A DNA stretch of 63,996 bases, counting the filler, from an uncultured bacterium (GTDB taxonomy: Bacteria; Auribacterota; CAZIXI01): the NCBI GenBank assembly GCA_964543115.1. It is 8 parts of 8 records of this genome, joined end to end, with 100 filler letters (N's around TTAATTAATTAA, not from the genome) between each part and the next. Parts side by side here need not be neighbours in the genome. Positions count along the whole stretch, not along the records: positions 50,458 to 58,528 come from CAZIXI010000158.1; positions 58,629 to 63,996 come from CAZIXI010000240.1; 6 more parts are not named here. The stretch is one strand, 5' to 3'. The stretch's first letter is position 1. Each line of letters begins with the position of its first letter. Both the position numbers and the translations under genes were made by a program. The notes beneath the pieces are model-generated. The model made no database searches and was not told the origin of the DNA. It saw only the letters and a list, made by a program, of their open reading frames with translations. Below are positions 55,067 to 63,996 of the stretch, piece after piece.

Positions 55067-56768
55067 TATTTACTCCTTGATCAGCTGCTTTAAGCTTTGC
55101 TTTTGCCTGATACAATCTAAATACACTGGTCGTATCATATGGATTGATGCGCAAAGCCTGCCAATAGTTGATAATTGCTTGCCGCCATTCCTGTTTAGCC
55201 GTATAAACATGTCCCAGATTGCGGTAAATATTACCATAATCCGGGGCCATTTCCCGCACCTTATTATACTTCGCGATCGCCAAATCCAGTTCCCCAACCT
55301 GGGTAAAGGCAAAAGCCAGCCGGTAATGCATCTCAACATCCCAGGGATACCAATTAATTCCCCGTTGGTATTCATAAATAGCCAACGGCCATATCCCCTT
55401 CTGCCGGTAATTAATCCCCCGTTTAAAGAAATAATGCCCGATCAAGGGACAAATCAATGTTTGCCATATAATTATAGCGATAAATCCCATTATAGCAAGA
55501 AATATTAGCATTCTGCCCCTTATTGGCCGGAAACTTGCTCTGAAAGAAGAACTACCGGCCAGAATCATTCCCAGGGCAAACCAGAGAATAACGGCGCTGG
55601 AAGGCATCTGCAGGTTATTACAAACCAGATTATGGGTCAGTAACCCGCAAACCCCGGATATCAATCCCGCCAGCATGAACCGTTGATTACTCCCTTTTTG
55701 ACAATTAAAGGATAATACCCCGGATCTAAGAACCATAATTATCAGGCCTAAAAATACTATCAATCCCAGCAATCCTGTTTCCACCCATATTTGCAGGAAT
55801 TCATTATGGGCATGAATCGTTAAATCTGTTGGCGCCCGGGATATCCAGTATTCCGTTACCCGAAATTGCGGATAAAAAATAAAATAGGCCCCTCTCCCCC
55901 AACCCAGCCAGGGTTTCCGCAGCGCCATATAAAAAGTACTTTCCCAAATCGGGAAACGTACATCTCCGCGAAACTGGTTCCCGATGAAATCCACGCCCCA
56001 GGGACTAGCCGCAACCACGCTGATAACTACAATTAATAATCCCATGAGCATAAATCTCCTGCCCGCGGAAACGCCCATAAGGATAGTAAAACAACTTAGA
56101 GAAACAACCAGCCCCAACCAGCTGCCGCGGGAATGCGTAAGATATAGAACAACTACCAGCAGAAGCAATATAACCATCCCCAGTCCCCTCATCAGGGCCC
56201 GCCTGCGTGCGAATTCACCTCCGCTCCGGTAACGCCAAAAAAAACCGAGCACCAACGGAATTGTAAGCCCAAGGTAACTGGCCAGGAAATTCTCATTACC
56301 CAGTGTGCTGATTACCCGAAAACCGATTCCATAATGGCACATTCCCGCCAGGGCAACAATAACAGCCGTAACAATCCAGCTAATAAAGAGCCGATCTCTC
56401 ACCTTATCCAAAACAAGGTATTGCGACACCAGAAAAGCAAGAATGACATAACAAACTGTCTGCATCATTGTTAATTGCGCAGCAAAACGGTAAGGACCAG
56501 GAACCATCCACCAGGATAGAAGATTCAACAAAAGATAGGCTAACAACAGCCAGCCGGCAGGTTGATAGACAGTCAAGGAAATCCGCTTATTGAGCAACTG
56601 ATAAGCATAGATGACCAAAACAACCGCTATTCCCGCCTGGACAAGCCAGAACTTCACGAGATAACTATCAAAGAAAAGCGGGCAAATGATCAGCGGAACC
56701 AGCACAATAAAACTGGTCAGGATAGTAATAGCAATAGAAGATAAAATATCTTTTTTTTCGGTCTGCAT
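55053..56768 (-). CDS. O-antigen ligase (Wzy_C)-like membrane protein with C-terminal TPR repeats
   Basis: STLGNENFLA, THSRGSWLG, RFPIW..T..M...PWLGWGRG, HAHNEFLQ..VETG. TPR-like C-terminus. Confidence 0.88.
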   Translation of the reverse strand: MQTEKKDILSSIAITILTSFIVLVPLIICPLFFDSYLVKFWLVQAGIAVVLVIYAYQLLNKRISLTVYQPAGWLLLAYLLLNLLSWWMVPGPYRFAAQLTMMQTVCYVILAFLVSQYLVLDKVRDRLFISWIVTAVIVALAGMCHYGIGFRVISTLGNENFLASYLGLTIPLVLGFFWRYRSGGEFARRRALMRGLGMVILLLLVVVLYLTHSRGSWLGLVVSLSCFTILMGVSAGRRFMLMGLLIVVISVVAASPWGVDFIGNQFRGDVRFPIWESTFYMALRKPWLGWGRGAYFIFYPQFRVTEYWISRAPTDLTIHAHNEFLQIWVETGLLGLIVFLGLIIMVLRSGVLSFNCQKGSNQRFMLAGLISGVCGLLTHNLVCNNLQMPSSAVILWFALGMILAGSSSFRASFRPIRGRMLIFLAIMGFIAIIIWQTLICPLIGHYFFKRGINYRQKGIWPLAIYEYQRGINWYPWDVEMHYRLAFAFTQVGELDLAIAKYNKVREMAPDYGNIYRNLGHVYTAKQEWRQAIINYWQALRINPYDTTSVFRLYQAKAKLKAADQGVNNGFE

Positions 56769-56775
56769 TATTGAA

Positions 56776-57501
56776 TCAAGAAGATGTTAATTCCAGGAAA
56801 ACCTCTTCTAACTCTACTCCACCTTCTTTTTTAACCCTCTTTTGCAATTCCGACTTAGTTCCGAGGGCAATCAAGCGGCCATGATTGATTATCCCTATCC
56901 GGCTGGCCATTTCTTCCGCTACAGAGAGTGTATGTGTAGACATAAAAATAGTCGCTCCCTGTTTTATCCGCTCACGGAAAACGTCTTTTACCAGCCGAAT
57001 TCCCAAGGGGTCCAGGGCCACCATAGGTTCATCAACAATGATCAACTCTGGATCGTGGATTAAGGCGGCACAGATAACCAGTCTTTGCCTGAGTCCGTGT
57101 GAATAATCTTCGGTTAACTGATACTGATACCTCTCCAGCCCAAACATACCCACAAGTTTTTTTATCCTGGCATTAATCTCAGTTTTTGATAAACCAAACA
57201 ACACACCAATAAACTGCAGAAATTCCCAGCCGCTCAATTTGTCATAAAGATATGGCACATCCGGGATATAACTAATCTTCTGCTTGGCCTTAAGCGGATC
57301 CTTACTCATATCAAACCCGGCAACATGGATACAACCCTCAGTAGGCCTGAGCAGCCCGGTAAGCATTTTTATTGTTGTAGTTTTACCGGCCCCATTGGGC
57401 CCGAGAAACACAAAACACTCTCCCTGTTTAATCTCCAGGCTCAAATCATCTACCGCTACCGTATCACCGAATTTTTTCGTTACTTTATCTATTTTCAGCA
57501 T
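56776..57501 (-). CDS. ABC transporter ATP-binding protein
   Basis: GPNGAGKTT Walker A, YSHGLRQR signature, IIVDEP Walker B, STH switch. Confidence 0.95.
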   Translation of the reverse strand: MLKIDKVTKKFGDTVAVDDLSLEIKQGECFVFLGPNGAGKTTTIKMLTGLLRPTEGCIHVAGFDMSKDPLKAKQKISYIPDVPYLYDKLSGWEFLQFIGVLFGLSKTEINARIKKLVGMFGLERYQYQLTEDYSHGLRQRLVICAALIHDPELIIVDEPMVALDPLGIRLVKDVFRERIKQGATIFMSTHTLSVAEEMASRIGIINHGRLIALGTKSELQKRVKKEGGVELEEVFLELTSS

Positions 57502-57553
57502 AAGATAACTCGCTCTGCTCGTGAGTGTTAAAAAACATAAGCAAATAACTTAC

Positions 57554-57629
57554 TTAACGCAAAGGTCGCAAAGCTCCGCAGAGTTTTTTTATTATTTTTT
57601 CTCTGCGTCCTCTGCGATCTCTGCGTTAA
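57554..57629. repeat. Imperfect palindrome built of 9-mer repeats around an AT-only core
   Basis: TTAACGCAAAGGTCGCAAAGCTCCGCAGAG ... CTCTGCGTCCTCTGCGATCTCTGCGTTAA. Confidence 0.7.
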
Positions 57630-57655
57630 AAAATCTTTCCCGTTCCATCACCAAA

Positions 57656-58393
57656 CTACCTTTCCTCCACCAGTTCCCAGCCCCAGGGGGTCTTTACCTT
57701 CACTGGACAACCTTCTTCATCCACCCAGAACTCTATTTCCAACCCTTGATATTTTACGACAACAATAACCAGATTAACAAATCTATTCTTATGATAGACA
57801 ATTGCTGATTTTTGAACCAGGGCCTCCGCCAGCTCCTTTCTCTGGGTCAGAGGATTTAACACCTGCCAGCTGAATCTATCTCCTTCTTTCAATCCTGAAC
57901 GGTAAAACCAAGGTAATAAACCATTGCCCAAAATATCCCGATCACCGCGCCAGGGTATAGTGTAGCGCCGTTTATCATTATCCTTTTCAACAATCAGCGT
58001 TAACGCATCACCCTCAACTAAACCAGAAATTTTAAAACGATATCCGCCAAAAACTATCCCGGCGCTAAAATGATCCAGCTTTCGCTCCTGACTGAAAACC
58101 GCTTCCCCGTTTATCGCGACATCAATCTCCTCCTGAGCAACACTAATCGTTAACTCAACATCGTTTTCCCACAAATACCCGGAAGCATTTTTCCCCAAAT
58201 GATTACTCAACTGCCCGATTCTTTCACCGTCACGATAGACACCCCACCCTTTATGATAAGGCAGCTGTTCGGGGAATCTTATCTGGAGAGACTGGATAGT
58301 CCGGGAGAAATATGCCCTACCGGCCAACACTCCCATCATCGTCAGCCAGAAACCTACAATAAAAATATTAGTAAGATAGCGGACTTTACGCAA
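57656..58393 (-). CDS. Hypothetical membrane-anchored/exported beta-rich protein
   Basis: 245-aa ORF with an N-terminal hydrophobic segment, co-oriented with the ABC ATPase. Confidence 0.7.
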   Translation of the reverse strand: MRKVRYLTNIFIVGFWLTMMGVLAGRAYFSRTIQSLQIRFPEQLPYHKGWGVYRDGERIGQLSNHLGKNASGYLWENDVELTISVAQEEIDVAINGEAVFSQERKLDHFSAGIVFGGYRFKISGLVEGDALTLIVEKDNDKRRYTIPWRGDRDILGNGLLPWFYRSGLKEGDRFSWQVLNPLTQRKELAEALVQKSAIVYHKNRFVNLVIVVVKYQGLEIEFWVDEEGCPVKVKTPWGWELVEER

Positions 58394-58468
58394 AAATTAC
58401 CTTAACTCTAGCTCGCTAGCCGTTGACTGCTCAACACTCGTTTTTAACTAAATACGTTACTAAGGCAA

Positions 58469-58528
58469 CTAGCGACTAGCGACTAGCGACTAGCGACTAG
58501 CGACTAGCGACTAGCGACTAGCGACTAG
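58469..58528. repeat. Perfect heptamer tandem repeat (CTAGCGA)n, at least 8.5 units, running into the contig end
   Basis: Directly visible, 60 bp. Confidence 0.95.
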
Positions 58529-58628
58529 NNNNNNNNNNNNNNNNNNNNNNNNNNNNNNNNNNNNNNNNNNNNTTAATTAATTAANNNNNNNNNNNNNNNN
58601 NNNNNNNNNNNNNNNNNNNNNNNNNNNN
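58529..58628. other. Artificial contig linker
   Basis: 44 N + TTAATTAATTAA + 44 N. Confidence 0.98.
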
Positions 58629-58978
58629 GCATCGGCAATGTTGCGCAGAAGTGTTTCTTTTTGAAAAAAAACGCTGTTATTTCCGTCGGGAAGTGATAAA
58701 AGTTCTTGTTCATGTCCGGCGGCGTCTTCTACCCTAAAAGGCAGGGCATTGGGCAGCAGGTCGTAGTTAAGGCTTCCCTGCTGGGCCCTCGCCACAGTCG
58801 GCCCGGGGTTGGCTAAGAGGTTTAAAACGCCCTTACTTATTGTGAACTTACTTTTACAGGCAGTGCACCAGATATATCCTCTCCTTATTTCTACGCTATT
58901 CTGTTTTTCCGCGACCACCTTAAATGAGCTTTTCTTGCAGGTTGGGCAATTTAGATAATTGATGAAACTAGTTTGCAT
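58629..58978 (-). CDS. Protein with an N-terminal Trm112-like zinc finger (probably a SAM methyltransferase), 3'-partial
   Basis: YLNCPTCK...GYIWCTACKSKFTISKGVLNLL. The methyltransferase part is not visible. Confidence 0.65.
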
Positions 58979-58980
58979 GG

Positions 58981-60048
58981 CTAACTCACTATCATTTTTG
59001 TTAACTTGTTTTTGATTCTTCTAATAATGTCTTTAATATCAATCATATTTTTAGCCCATGTAAATCTGCTGCCGGCAAAAGTGCGCGGCCACTCGCGCCA
59101 GTCCGTCTCTTTCACGTTAAAATGTTCGGCCAGGCCGCTTTCCCCGGTGCCCAGTAAAAGGATCTGTTCCGGTTTTAAGCCACCGCCCACCGCGAGGATC
59201 ATGGCATGTTTCCTGGCCGTTACCAGATAAGTTAGATTTGCCAGTACTCCTTTTAATTCTGAAGGAGTAAACGGGTATTTTAGCCAAGCTTCGCTATGCT
59301 TGTCCAAGCAGCCCAGCAGCCGGAAATACCTGCGCAATAATAAAATATCATTTTCAAATCCGGCATAGTAATGCCTGCACATAGGTATAGGGACAAGGAT
59401 AAACTTGCCCTGATATTCCCGCAGAAGTTTCAGCAACCTCTCGCGGTAACCAAATTTGGCCAGACAAATACCGCATAATTTCTTTTCGGGAGGAAACCCG
59501 AACTTTTGCAGTAACTCTCTGCCTTGCTCTTTTGAAAACGATATGTTGAGAGCAGGGTCGGTCTCTACCTTTATTTCTCTCTCTATACTAAGATGTTTCT
59601 TCATTCGGGCCAGGTCTTTTTGTGTGCGGACTGAAAAATAATCAGCTTTTTTGATCACTTCATTAAGGATCTGCTTTTCTTTCTCTCCCATTTCTCCGGT
59701 GCCGAAGTTGTCCTTTCCGGCTACTTCCGGGGTGGGCCCAATGGCCTTAACAATCAATTTGGCCCCTCTTTCTTTTAAATCGAGGCATATTTTCAGGGGA
59801 ATTTTATAATTTCCCGGGCGATAACCGCCGCCGCCAAGAATTACCGTTGAATACTTGTTTCTGTCGATATTATTCAGAGACACGGCTTTTATCCCGTGCA
59901 GGCGTTCAGTTTCTTCGGGTGTAGCACTGAGCGCTTCTACATCCTTTCTATCAGCCATTTCCTCCAGGATACCCTGCAGGATGGCCTCATCGCCCATATT
60001 CCCGTATCCGTATGCGCCAATGATTAATGTAGTTTCGCTTTTCGTCAT
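58981..60048 (-). CDS. Polysaccharide pyruvyltransferase family protein (CsaB-like)
   Basis: IGAYGYGNMGDEAIL, LGGGG, FSVR, DPAL, ARKHAMILA. Confidence 0.8.
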   Translation of the reverse strand: MTKSETTLIIGAYGYGNMGDEAILQGILEEMADRKDVEALSATPEETERLHGIKAVSLNNIDRNKYSTVILGGGGYRPGNYKIPLKICLDLKERGAKLIVKAIGPTPEVAGKDNFGTGEMGEKEKQILNEVIKKADYFSVRTQKDLARMKKHLSIEREIKVETDPALNISFSKEQGRELLQKFGFPPEKKLCGICLAKFGYRERLLKLLREYQGKFILVPIPMCRHYYAGFENDILLLRRYFRLLGCLDKHSEAWLKYPFTPSELKGVLANLTYLVTARKHAMILAVGGGLKPEQILLLGTGESGLAEHFNVKETDWREWPRTFAGSRFTWAKNMIDIKDIIRRIKNKLTKMIVS

Positions 60049-60073
60049 AAAACCTGCTCCGTGTATATATTTA

Positions 60074-61093
60074 TTATGAAGACCGCGGCTTAGGCCTTCT
60101 TAGCCGCCGGCGCGCGGACGTCGCAAAAGTTGAACGCAGGGTTGCCGGGGTAATGATATCGGGGTAGATGCATCTGCTGCAGCGTTCATGAGTGCCGGAG
60201 ATAATTATTTTTCGCCAATTCCTATAATCTCGGTAGATATCTTTAAGTTTCTTTCCCTGAGAAAGGTTGCCGACAGGAGCGTCGAAATTGCCGCAGGGGT
60301 AGACATCTCCGTTAGTAAATATAAGTATGCAGTTAAACGGGGATAAGCAAGTTTGGGGAGCGCTGCCTTTTTCCATTTTAGTTAAAAATATTTTCAGAAA
60401 GGAACGATTGTTTAACAGGTTGCCCACTTCTATTGCTTGATCAATCAACTGTTTTAAGAGGGGCAGGTCAAACTCTACCAATTCTTTGGCTAGGGTAGAC
60501 TGGGCAGCCAATTTAAGACTTACCGGTATCAGGCTTACAGGCAGCCCGAGCTTCTTAGCCAAGCGGCAGAAATCTACCAGTTCATGATAATTATCTTTTT
60601 GTAAAACAAAACTTAATTGGCTTACCCAGCAATGTTTTTGGGCGATCTTTACGGCATTGATAGCCTTCTCCCAGCTTCCCTTAACTCCCCGGATCTTATC
60701 GTGGGTTTCGGCTTTTACTCCATCAATGGAGATTTCGCACCGATCCACAGGAGGAAAGGGAACTTGACCTACCAGCCAACCGCTGGTGGTTACGCTGCAA
60801 GTTATTCCGTATGATTTAACCTCGTTAACGATCTCCGTCAGGTCCTTGCGGATAAATGGTTCACCTCCGCCGATGTCTATATCCTTGATGCCGAAATCGG
60901 CCATTTCCTTAATCCAGTATTTTATCACCTCCAGGCTCGGTTCAGGGGAACGTGTGTGCCAAAAAGTACACATCCGGCAGCGCAGAGGACAATTTTCAGT
61001 CACAATGATCCGTCCTGATTGAGGACGGGTAAGTGCCGGATTGATAAGCTGTGTCAGGAGTCTTTTAGCGAGCTTGATAGTTTTCCCATTCAT
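60074..61093 (-). CDS. Radical SAM/SPASM (twitch) domain protein
   Basis: CPLRCRMC, GGGEP, SIDG...THDKIRG. C-terminal CLSP...GDVYPC...CSRC. Confidence 0.9.
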   Translation of the reverse strand: MNGKTIKLAKRLLTQLINPALTRPQSGRIIVTENCPLRCRMCTFWHTRSPEPSLEVIKYWIKEMADFGIKDIDIGGGEPFIRKDLTEIVNEVKSYGITCSVTTSGWLVGQVPFPPVDRCEISIDGVKAETHDKIRGVKGSWEKAINAVKIAQKHCWVSQLSFVLQKDNYHELVDFCRLAKKLGLPVSLIPVSLKLAAQSTLAKELVEFDLPLLKQLIDQAIEVGNLLNNRSFLKIFLTKMEKGSAPQTCLSPFNCILIFTNGDVYPCGNFDAPVGNLSQGKKLKDIYRDYRNWRKIIISGTHERCSRCIYPDIITPATLRSTFATSARRRLRRPKPRSS

Positions 61094-62525
61094 GTTCTCT
61101 CCTGGCCAAGACGGCCCGTTTTACCAATTTCAACTCCTCTTCTGTTATTCCTCCCGCCTGATAAAGTGAGAATAGATAGATAACCGCTCCCAAAAATATC
61201 AACCAAAAAAGATTGAGTTGTAAAATATTTAATCCCGCGTAGAGAAATATCGCCATTATTATAGCAGCCAGCAACGGTCTAAACAGAAACTTATGGACGT
61301 ATATCGGGACTATTTTACTAAATTCTCTTTGAAACATAAAGAAGCCAATAATTCTTACTAAGACTGTGGCAATTGCCGCCCCTTTAAGGCCAAAAGGGGG
61401 AATCAAGATAAAATTAAGTACTACATTAGCTACAGTCATTATGGTGATTATTTTCAAGCGTTCTTTGTCCCTGTCGCAGGCCAAAAGTCCCCGGGCAAAT
61501 ACACTGTATGTATACTCAAAGGCAAAAAACCAAATTAGGATTTGCAGGGCGATGATGCCTTTATCATAATCAGTTCCGTAGAGCAGATTCATTAGCGGGC
61601 GGGCCAGGATCACTCCTCCCACTGCCAGGGGTAAGGCGGTAGCCACCATCAGTTTGGCGGAATAAGTTTGCACCTTTTTCAGCAGCTCTTGTGATGTTTT
61701 ATAGAACTTGGAAACTATGGGATATACAGCATCCTGATAAAATACGCTGAACATTACCAAAATCATGCCAATCTTGCAGGCGGCATTGTAATAACCGACT
61801 TCGGTGTCGCCGCGCATAAAATCCAGCATTATAGTGTCAGTATAAAGGATGATCGGGCCGATAATGAAAGTTAGCCCTATGGGTAGGGCTTCCCTGAGGA
61901 GGGATTTTGCAGCAGCTAGATTAAGTCTTGGCCTTGGTCGGCCAAAACGTTTTATGAAAATGAAAAAAAGCAGGCCGATCATAAAAATATTACCGGTCAC
62001 ACAGAAAACAGGTATGCGGAGAATATTCGCGGAAGTTTTTACCAGCCAGAGTACCAATGCCAAATATATCCCCGAAGCCAGAATGCGCCCCAGGCCAATA
62101 TACTCCATTCTTTCCACGCCCTGAAATGCCCAATCCAAAAGTAAGGCCGAAGGAATTATACCCAGGCCATAAAGGAGAATGAGATGCTTCATTTGAGCGG
62201 ACTTAGGTAACAGAGAAGTGACCAGAAGCAGCAAGCCAAAACCCAGACAAGCCAGAAAAATCCTGATTAGGAGAATGTTGCCGCTGTAATAATTTATCTT
62301 TTCTTTTTCTCTGGCTATTTTCCGTGTGCCCAGAAGAGGTAAACCCATATTATTAATCAAAGCAAAATAGGCGACAAGGGCCATAGCAAAACTTATTTTA
62401 CCAAAACCATTGGGCCCTAAGATGCGGGCAAGATAGACTATAACCACAAAACCAAAAAGTCTGGCAATTATATTCCCGCCTAATAAAAAGAGGGTATTTT
62501 TGAAAATCCTTTGGACTATATTCAT
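61065..62525 (-). CDS. wzx: Wzx-type oligosaccharide flippase (486 aa)
   Basis: MNIVQRIFKNT, ARILGPNGFG, YTDTIML...VGYYNAA, LNFILIPPFGLKGAAIAT. About 12-14 TM segments. Start at ATG 62525. Confidence 0.88.
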   Translation of the reverse strand: MNIVQRIFKNTLFLLGGNIIARLFGFVVIVYLARILGPNGFGKISFAMALVAYFALINNMGLPLLGTRKIAREKEKINYYSGNILLIRIFLACLGFGLLLLVTSLLPKSAQMKHLILLYGLGIIPSALLLDWAFQGVERMEYIGLGRILASGIYLALVLWLVKTSANILRIPVFCVTGNIFMIGLLFFIFIKRFGRPRPRLNLAAAKSLLREALPIGLTFIIGPIILYTDTIMLDFMRGDTEVGYYNAACKIGMILVMFSVFYQDAVYPIVSKFYKTSQELLKKVQTYSAKLMVATALPLAVGGVILARPLMNLLYGTDYDKGIIALQILIWFFAFEYTYSVFARGLLACDRDKERLKIITIMTVANVVLNFILIPPFGLKGAAIATVLVRIIGFFMFQREFSKIVPIYVHKFLFRPLLAAIIMAIFLYAGLNILQLNLFWLIFLGAVIYLFSLYQAGGITEEELKLVKRAVLARREHEWENYQAR

Positions 62526-62535
62526 CTTTGTACGG

Positions 62536-62709
62536 TTATTTCTTTTTCTCTTCAGGGGGTTCGCACTCTTCGATGAGCATGATCGGAATGCCGTCGCGGA
62601 TGGGATAGCGGCGGCCGCAGCTGCTGCAGATAAGTCGGTTATCTTCCAAACGGACTTCTGTTTTGCATAAGGGACAGGCAAGAATGTCTAATAGTTCTTT
62701 ATCGATCAT
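62536..62709 (-). CDS. Trm112/YcaR (UPF0434) family protein, 57 aa, absent from the ORF track
   Basis: SD AGGAGG. Sequence MIDKELLDILACPLCKTEVRLEDNRLICSSCGRRYPIRDGIPIMLIEECEPPEEKKK. Confidence 0.9.
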   Translation of the reverse strand: MIDKELLDILACPLCKTEVRLEDNRLICSSCGRRYPIRDGIPIMLIEECEPPEEKKK

Positions 62710-62806
62710 TTGGTCCTCCTTATATAATTTATATATATATTATAATTATTATAGTACTTCTGTCACTAGTTCTTTTTGTATGTCCAAGCAGAGCAATATT
62801 ATAGGA

Positions 62807-62917
62807 CAGTCTATATCCATTCATATAATGGCAGTTTATAGCCATTCCAATAATAGCAGCCCCGCGAAGCGGGGCAGTCCCCCGATGGAATCGGGGGACA
62901 GTCTCGAAGCTTGGGGG
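62807..62917. repeat. Cluster of intergenic palindromes (repeat family shared with 20310-20357 and 17282-17316)
   Basis: CAGTCTATATCCATTCA; CCCCGCGAAGCGGGG; TCCCCCGATGGAATCGGGGGA; CGAAGCTTGGGG. Confidence 0.7.
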
Positions 62918-62920
62918 AGA

Positions 62921-63775
62921 TCAAAGATTGTTTTTTAGATGTGCTGTTAAGGCCTCCGGCCAGTGGCGGAGAGTGCTTTTAGTCTGATTCTGGAACCTGG
63001 CTGTGCTGAGGACAGAGTAGAGGGGCCTTGTGGCCGCGGTTTTAAATTCTTTGCTGGTTACGGGTGTAATCTCAGTTTTTTTCCCGGCTAGGGCAAGAGT
63101 CTTTTTTGCCAATTCATACCAGGTAGATGTGCCGTTGTTTACCAGGTGGATTATGCCGATAAAGTCTGTTTCGAGGAGAGTTCCGATACCTTCTGCCAGA
63201 TCAAGGCTATAAGTAGGGGAGCCGGTCTGGTCATTTACAATTCGGAGTTCTTCTTGAGATTGGCTCAGCTCGAGTATACGGTTAACAAAATTTTTGCCGT
63301 GCGGGCCGTAGAGCCAGGCGGTGCGGATAATCAGGTGATTGGGGCAGATGGCCTGGATGTGTTTTTCTCCTTCCAGTTTAGTTTTCCCATAGGTGTTAAT
63401 GGGATTAGGAATGTCCTCTTCGACATAGGGGCTTTTTTTTGTTCCGTCAAAAACGAAGTCTGTGCTGATGTAGATTAATCTTGCCCGGCAGAGCTTGGCC
63501 GACTGGGCGATGTTTTCTGTGCCGGCGGCGTTGATTTTAAAGGCCAGTTCCTTGTTAGCTTCACTGCCGTCAACATCAGTATAAGCAGCGGCATGAATGA
63601 TTATGTCCGGCTGGAGCTGTTGGATCTTTTGCTGGATTTGCTCTTTATCGGTGATGTCGGCATCTTCAATATCAATTCCGGTTAGTTGGTATTCGGAAGC
63701 TAGTTTAGCGGTCAGGGCCCAGCCCAGCATTCCTTTGGAGCCGGTAATGAGGAGTTTTTTTTTATTATTAGCCAC
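62921..63775 (-). CDS. rmlD: dTDP-4-dehydrorhamnose reductase
   Basis: ITGSKGMLG, AAYTDVD, YISTDFVFDG, YGKTKLEGE, GSPTY, RPLYSVL. Confidence 0.95.
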   Translation of the reverse strand: MANNKKKLLITGSKGMLGWALTAKLASEYQLTGIDIEDADITDKEQIQQKIQQLQPDIIIHAAAYTDVDGSEANKELAFKINAAGTENIAQSAKLCRARLIYISTDFVFDGTKKSPYVEEDIPNPINTYGKTKLEGEKHIQAICPNHLIIRTAWLYGPHGKNFVNRILELSQSQEELRIVNDQTGSPTYSLDLAEGIGTLLETDFIGIIHLVNNGTSTWYELAKKTLALAGKKTEITPVTSKEFKTAATRPLYSVLSTARFQNQTKSTLRHWPEALTAHLKNNL

Positions 63776-63782
63776 GAATTTG

Positions 63783-63995
63783 CTATTTGTATTGTTTTTT
63801 ATAATAGTCTTTGAACTCGCCGGATTTTATTTTCTGCCACCAGGAGGGATTGTCAGTATACCATTTTATTGTCTTAGCCATGGCGGTTGGGAAGTCGCTG
63901 GTTGGCTGCCAGCCTAGTTGCTGAATTTTACTGCTCTCCAGGGAATAACGACGGTCATGTCCAAGGCGGTCAGTAACATGGTTAATTAGTGTTGC
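63783..63995 (-). CDS. rmlB: C-terminus of dTDP-glucose 4,6-dehydratase, 5'-partial; not in the ORF track
   Basis: HVTDRLGHDRRYSLESSKIQQLGWQP...TIKWYTDNPSWW..IKSGEFKDYYKKQY*. Confidence 0.9.
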   Translation of the reverse strand, partial: ATLINHVTDRLGHDRRYSLESSKIQQLGWQPTSDFPTAMAKTIKWYTDNPSWWQKIKSGEFKDYYKKQYK

Positions 63996-63996
63996 T

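Noticed and set aside
62526..62681. Ala-rich N-terminal extension of the flippase in the track
   Set aside because: It is an alternate frame of the Trm112 gene; the flippase starts at 62525.

Overview
This is not one locus. It is eight unrelated assembly contigs (about 8.0-8.4 kb, in descending size order, the last cut by the window end), joined by artificial 100-bp linkers (44 N + TTAATTAATTAA + 44 N), so neighbourhood across linkers means nothing. The source is a bacterial MAG. Giant multidomain genes, short HemA/HemC and CxxC-x17-CxxC paralogues suggest a PVC-group organism such as Omnitrophota (inference only). Contents: (1) a PKD/Ig surface protein ending in three 'WYLAEG' repeats, then a >1640-aa membrane protein with a degenerate DUF89-like domain; (2) a contig lying entirely inside one giant acidic YD-like/dockerin-EF-hand ORF; (3) small RNA/stress genes, a DEAD-box helicase, an AT-rich secreted propeller gene between direct repeats, and a GLUG/FN3/WYFAEG protein; (4) a tandem array of at least four secreted WYLAEG-repeat plus PQQ-like propeller paralogues; (5) a giant ORF whose C-terminal half is a motif-complete FKS1/callose-synthase-like (GT48) 1,3-beta-glucan synthase, the most striking feature because characterised GT48 enzymes are eukaryotic; (6) a sulfur-assimilation, sulfur-carrier and siroheme operon; (7) SPL-like radical SAM, PTS EIIA, tRNA-Cys, CvpA, O-antigen ligase and ABC genes with several short-repeat elements; (8) an rmlB-rmlD-Trm112-flippase-radical SAM-pyruvyltransferase glycan cluster. 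All family calls come from motif recognition by eye, not from database searches.
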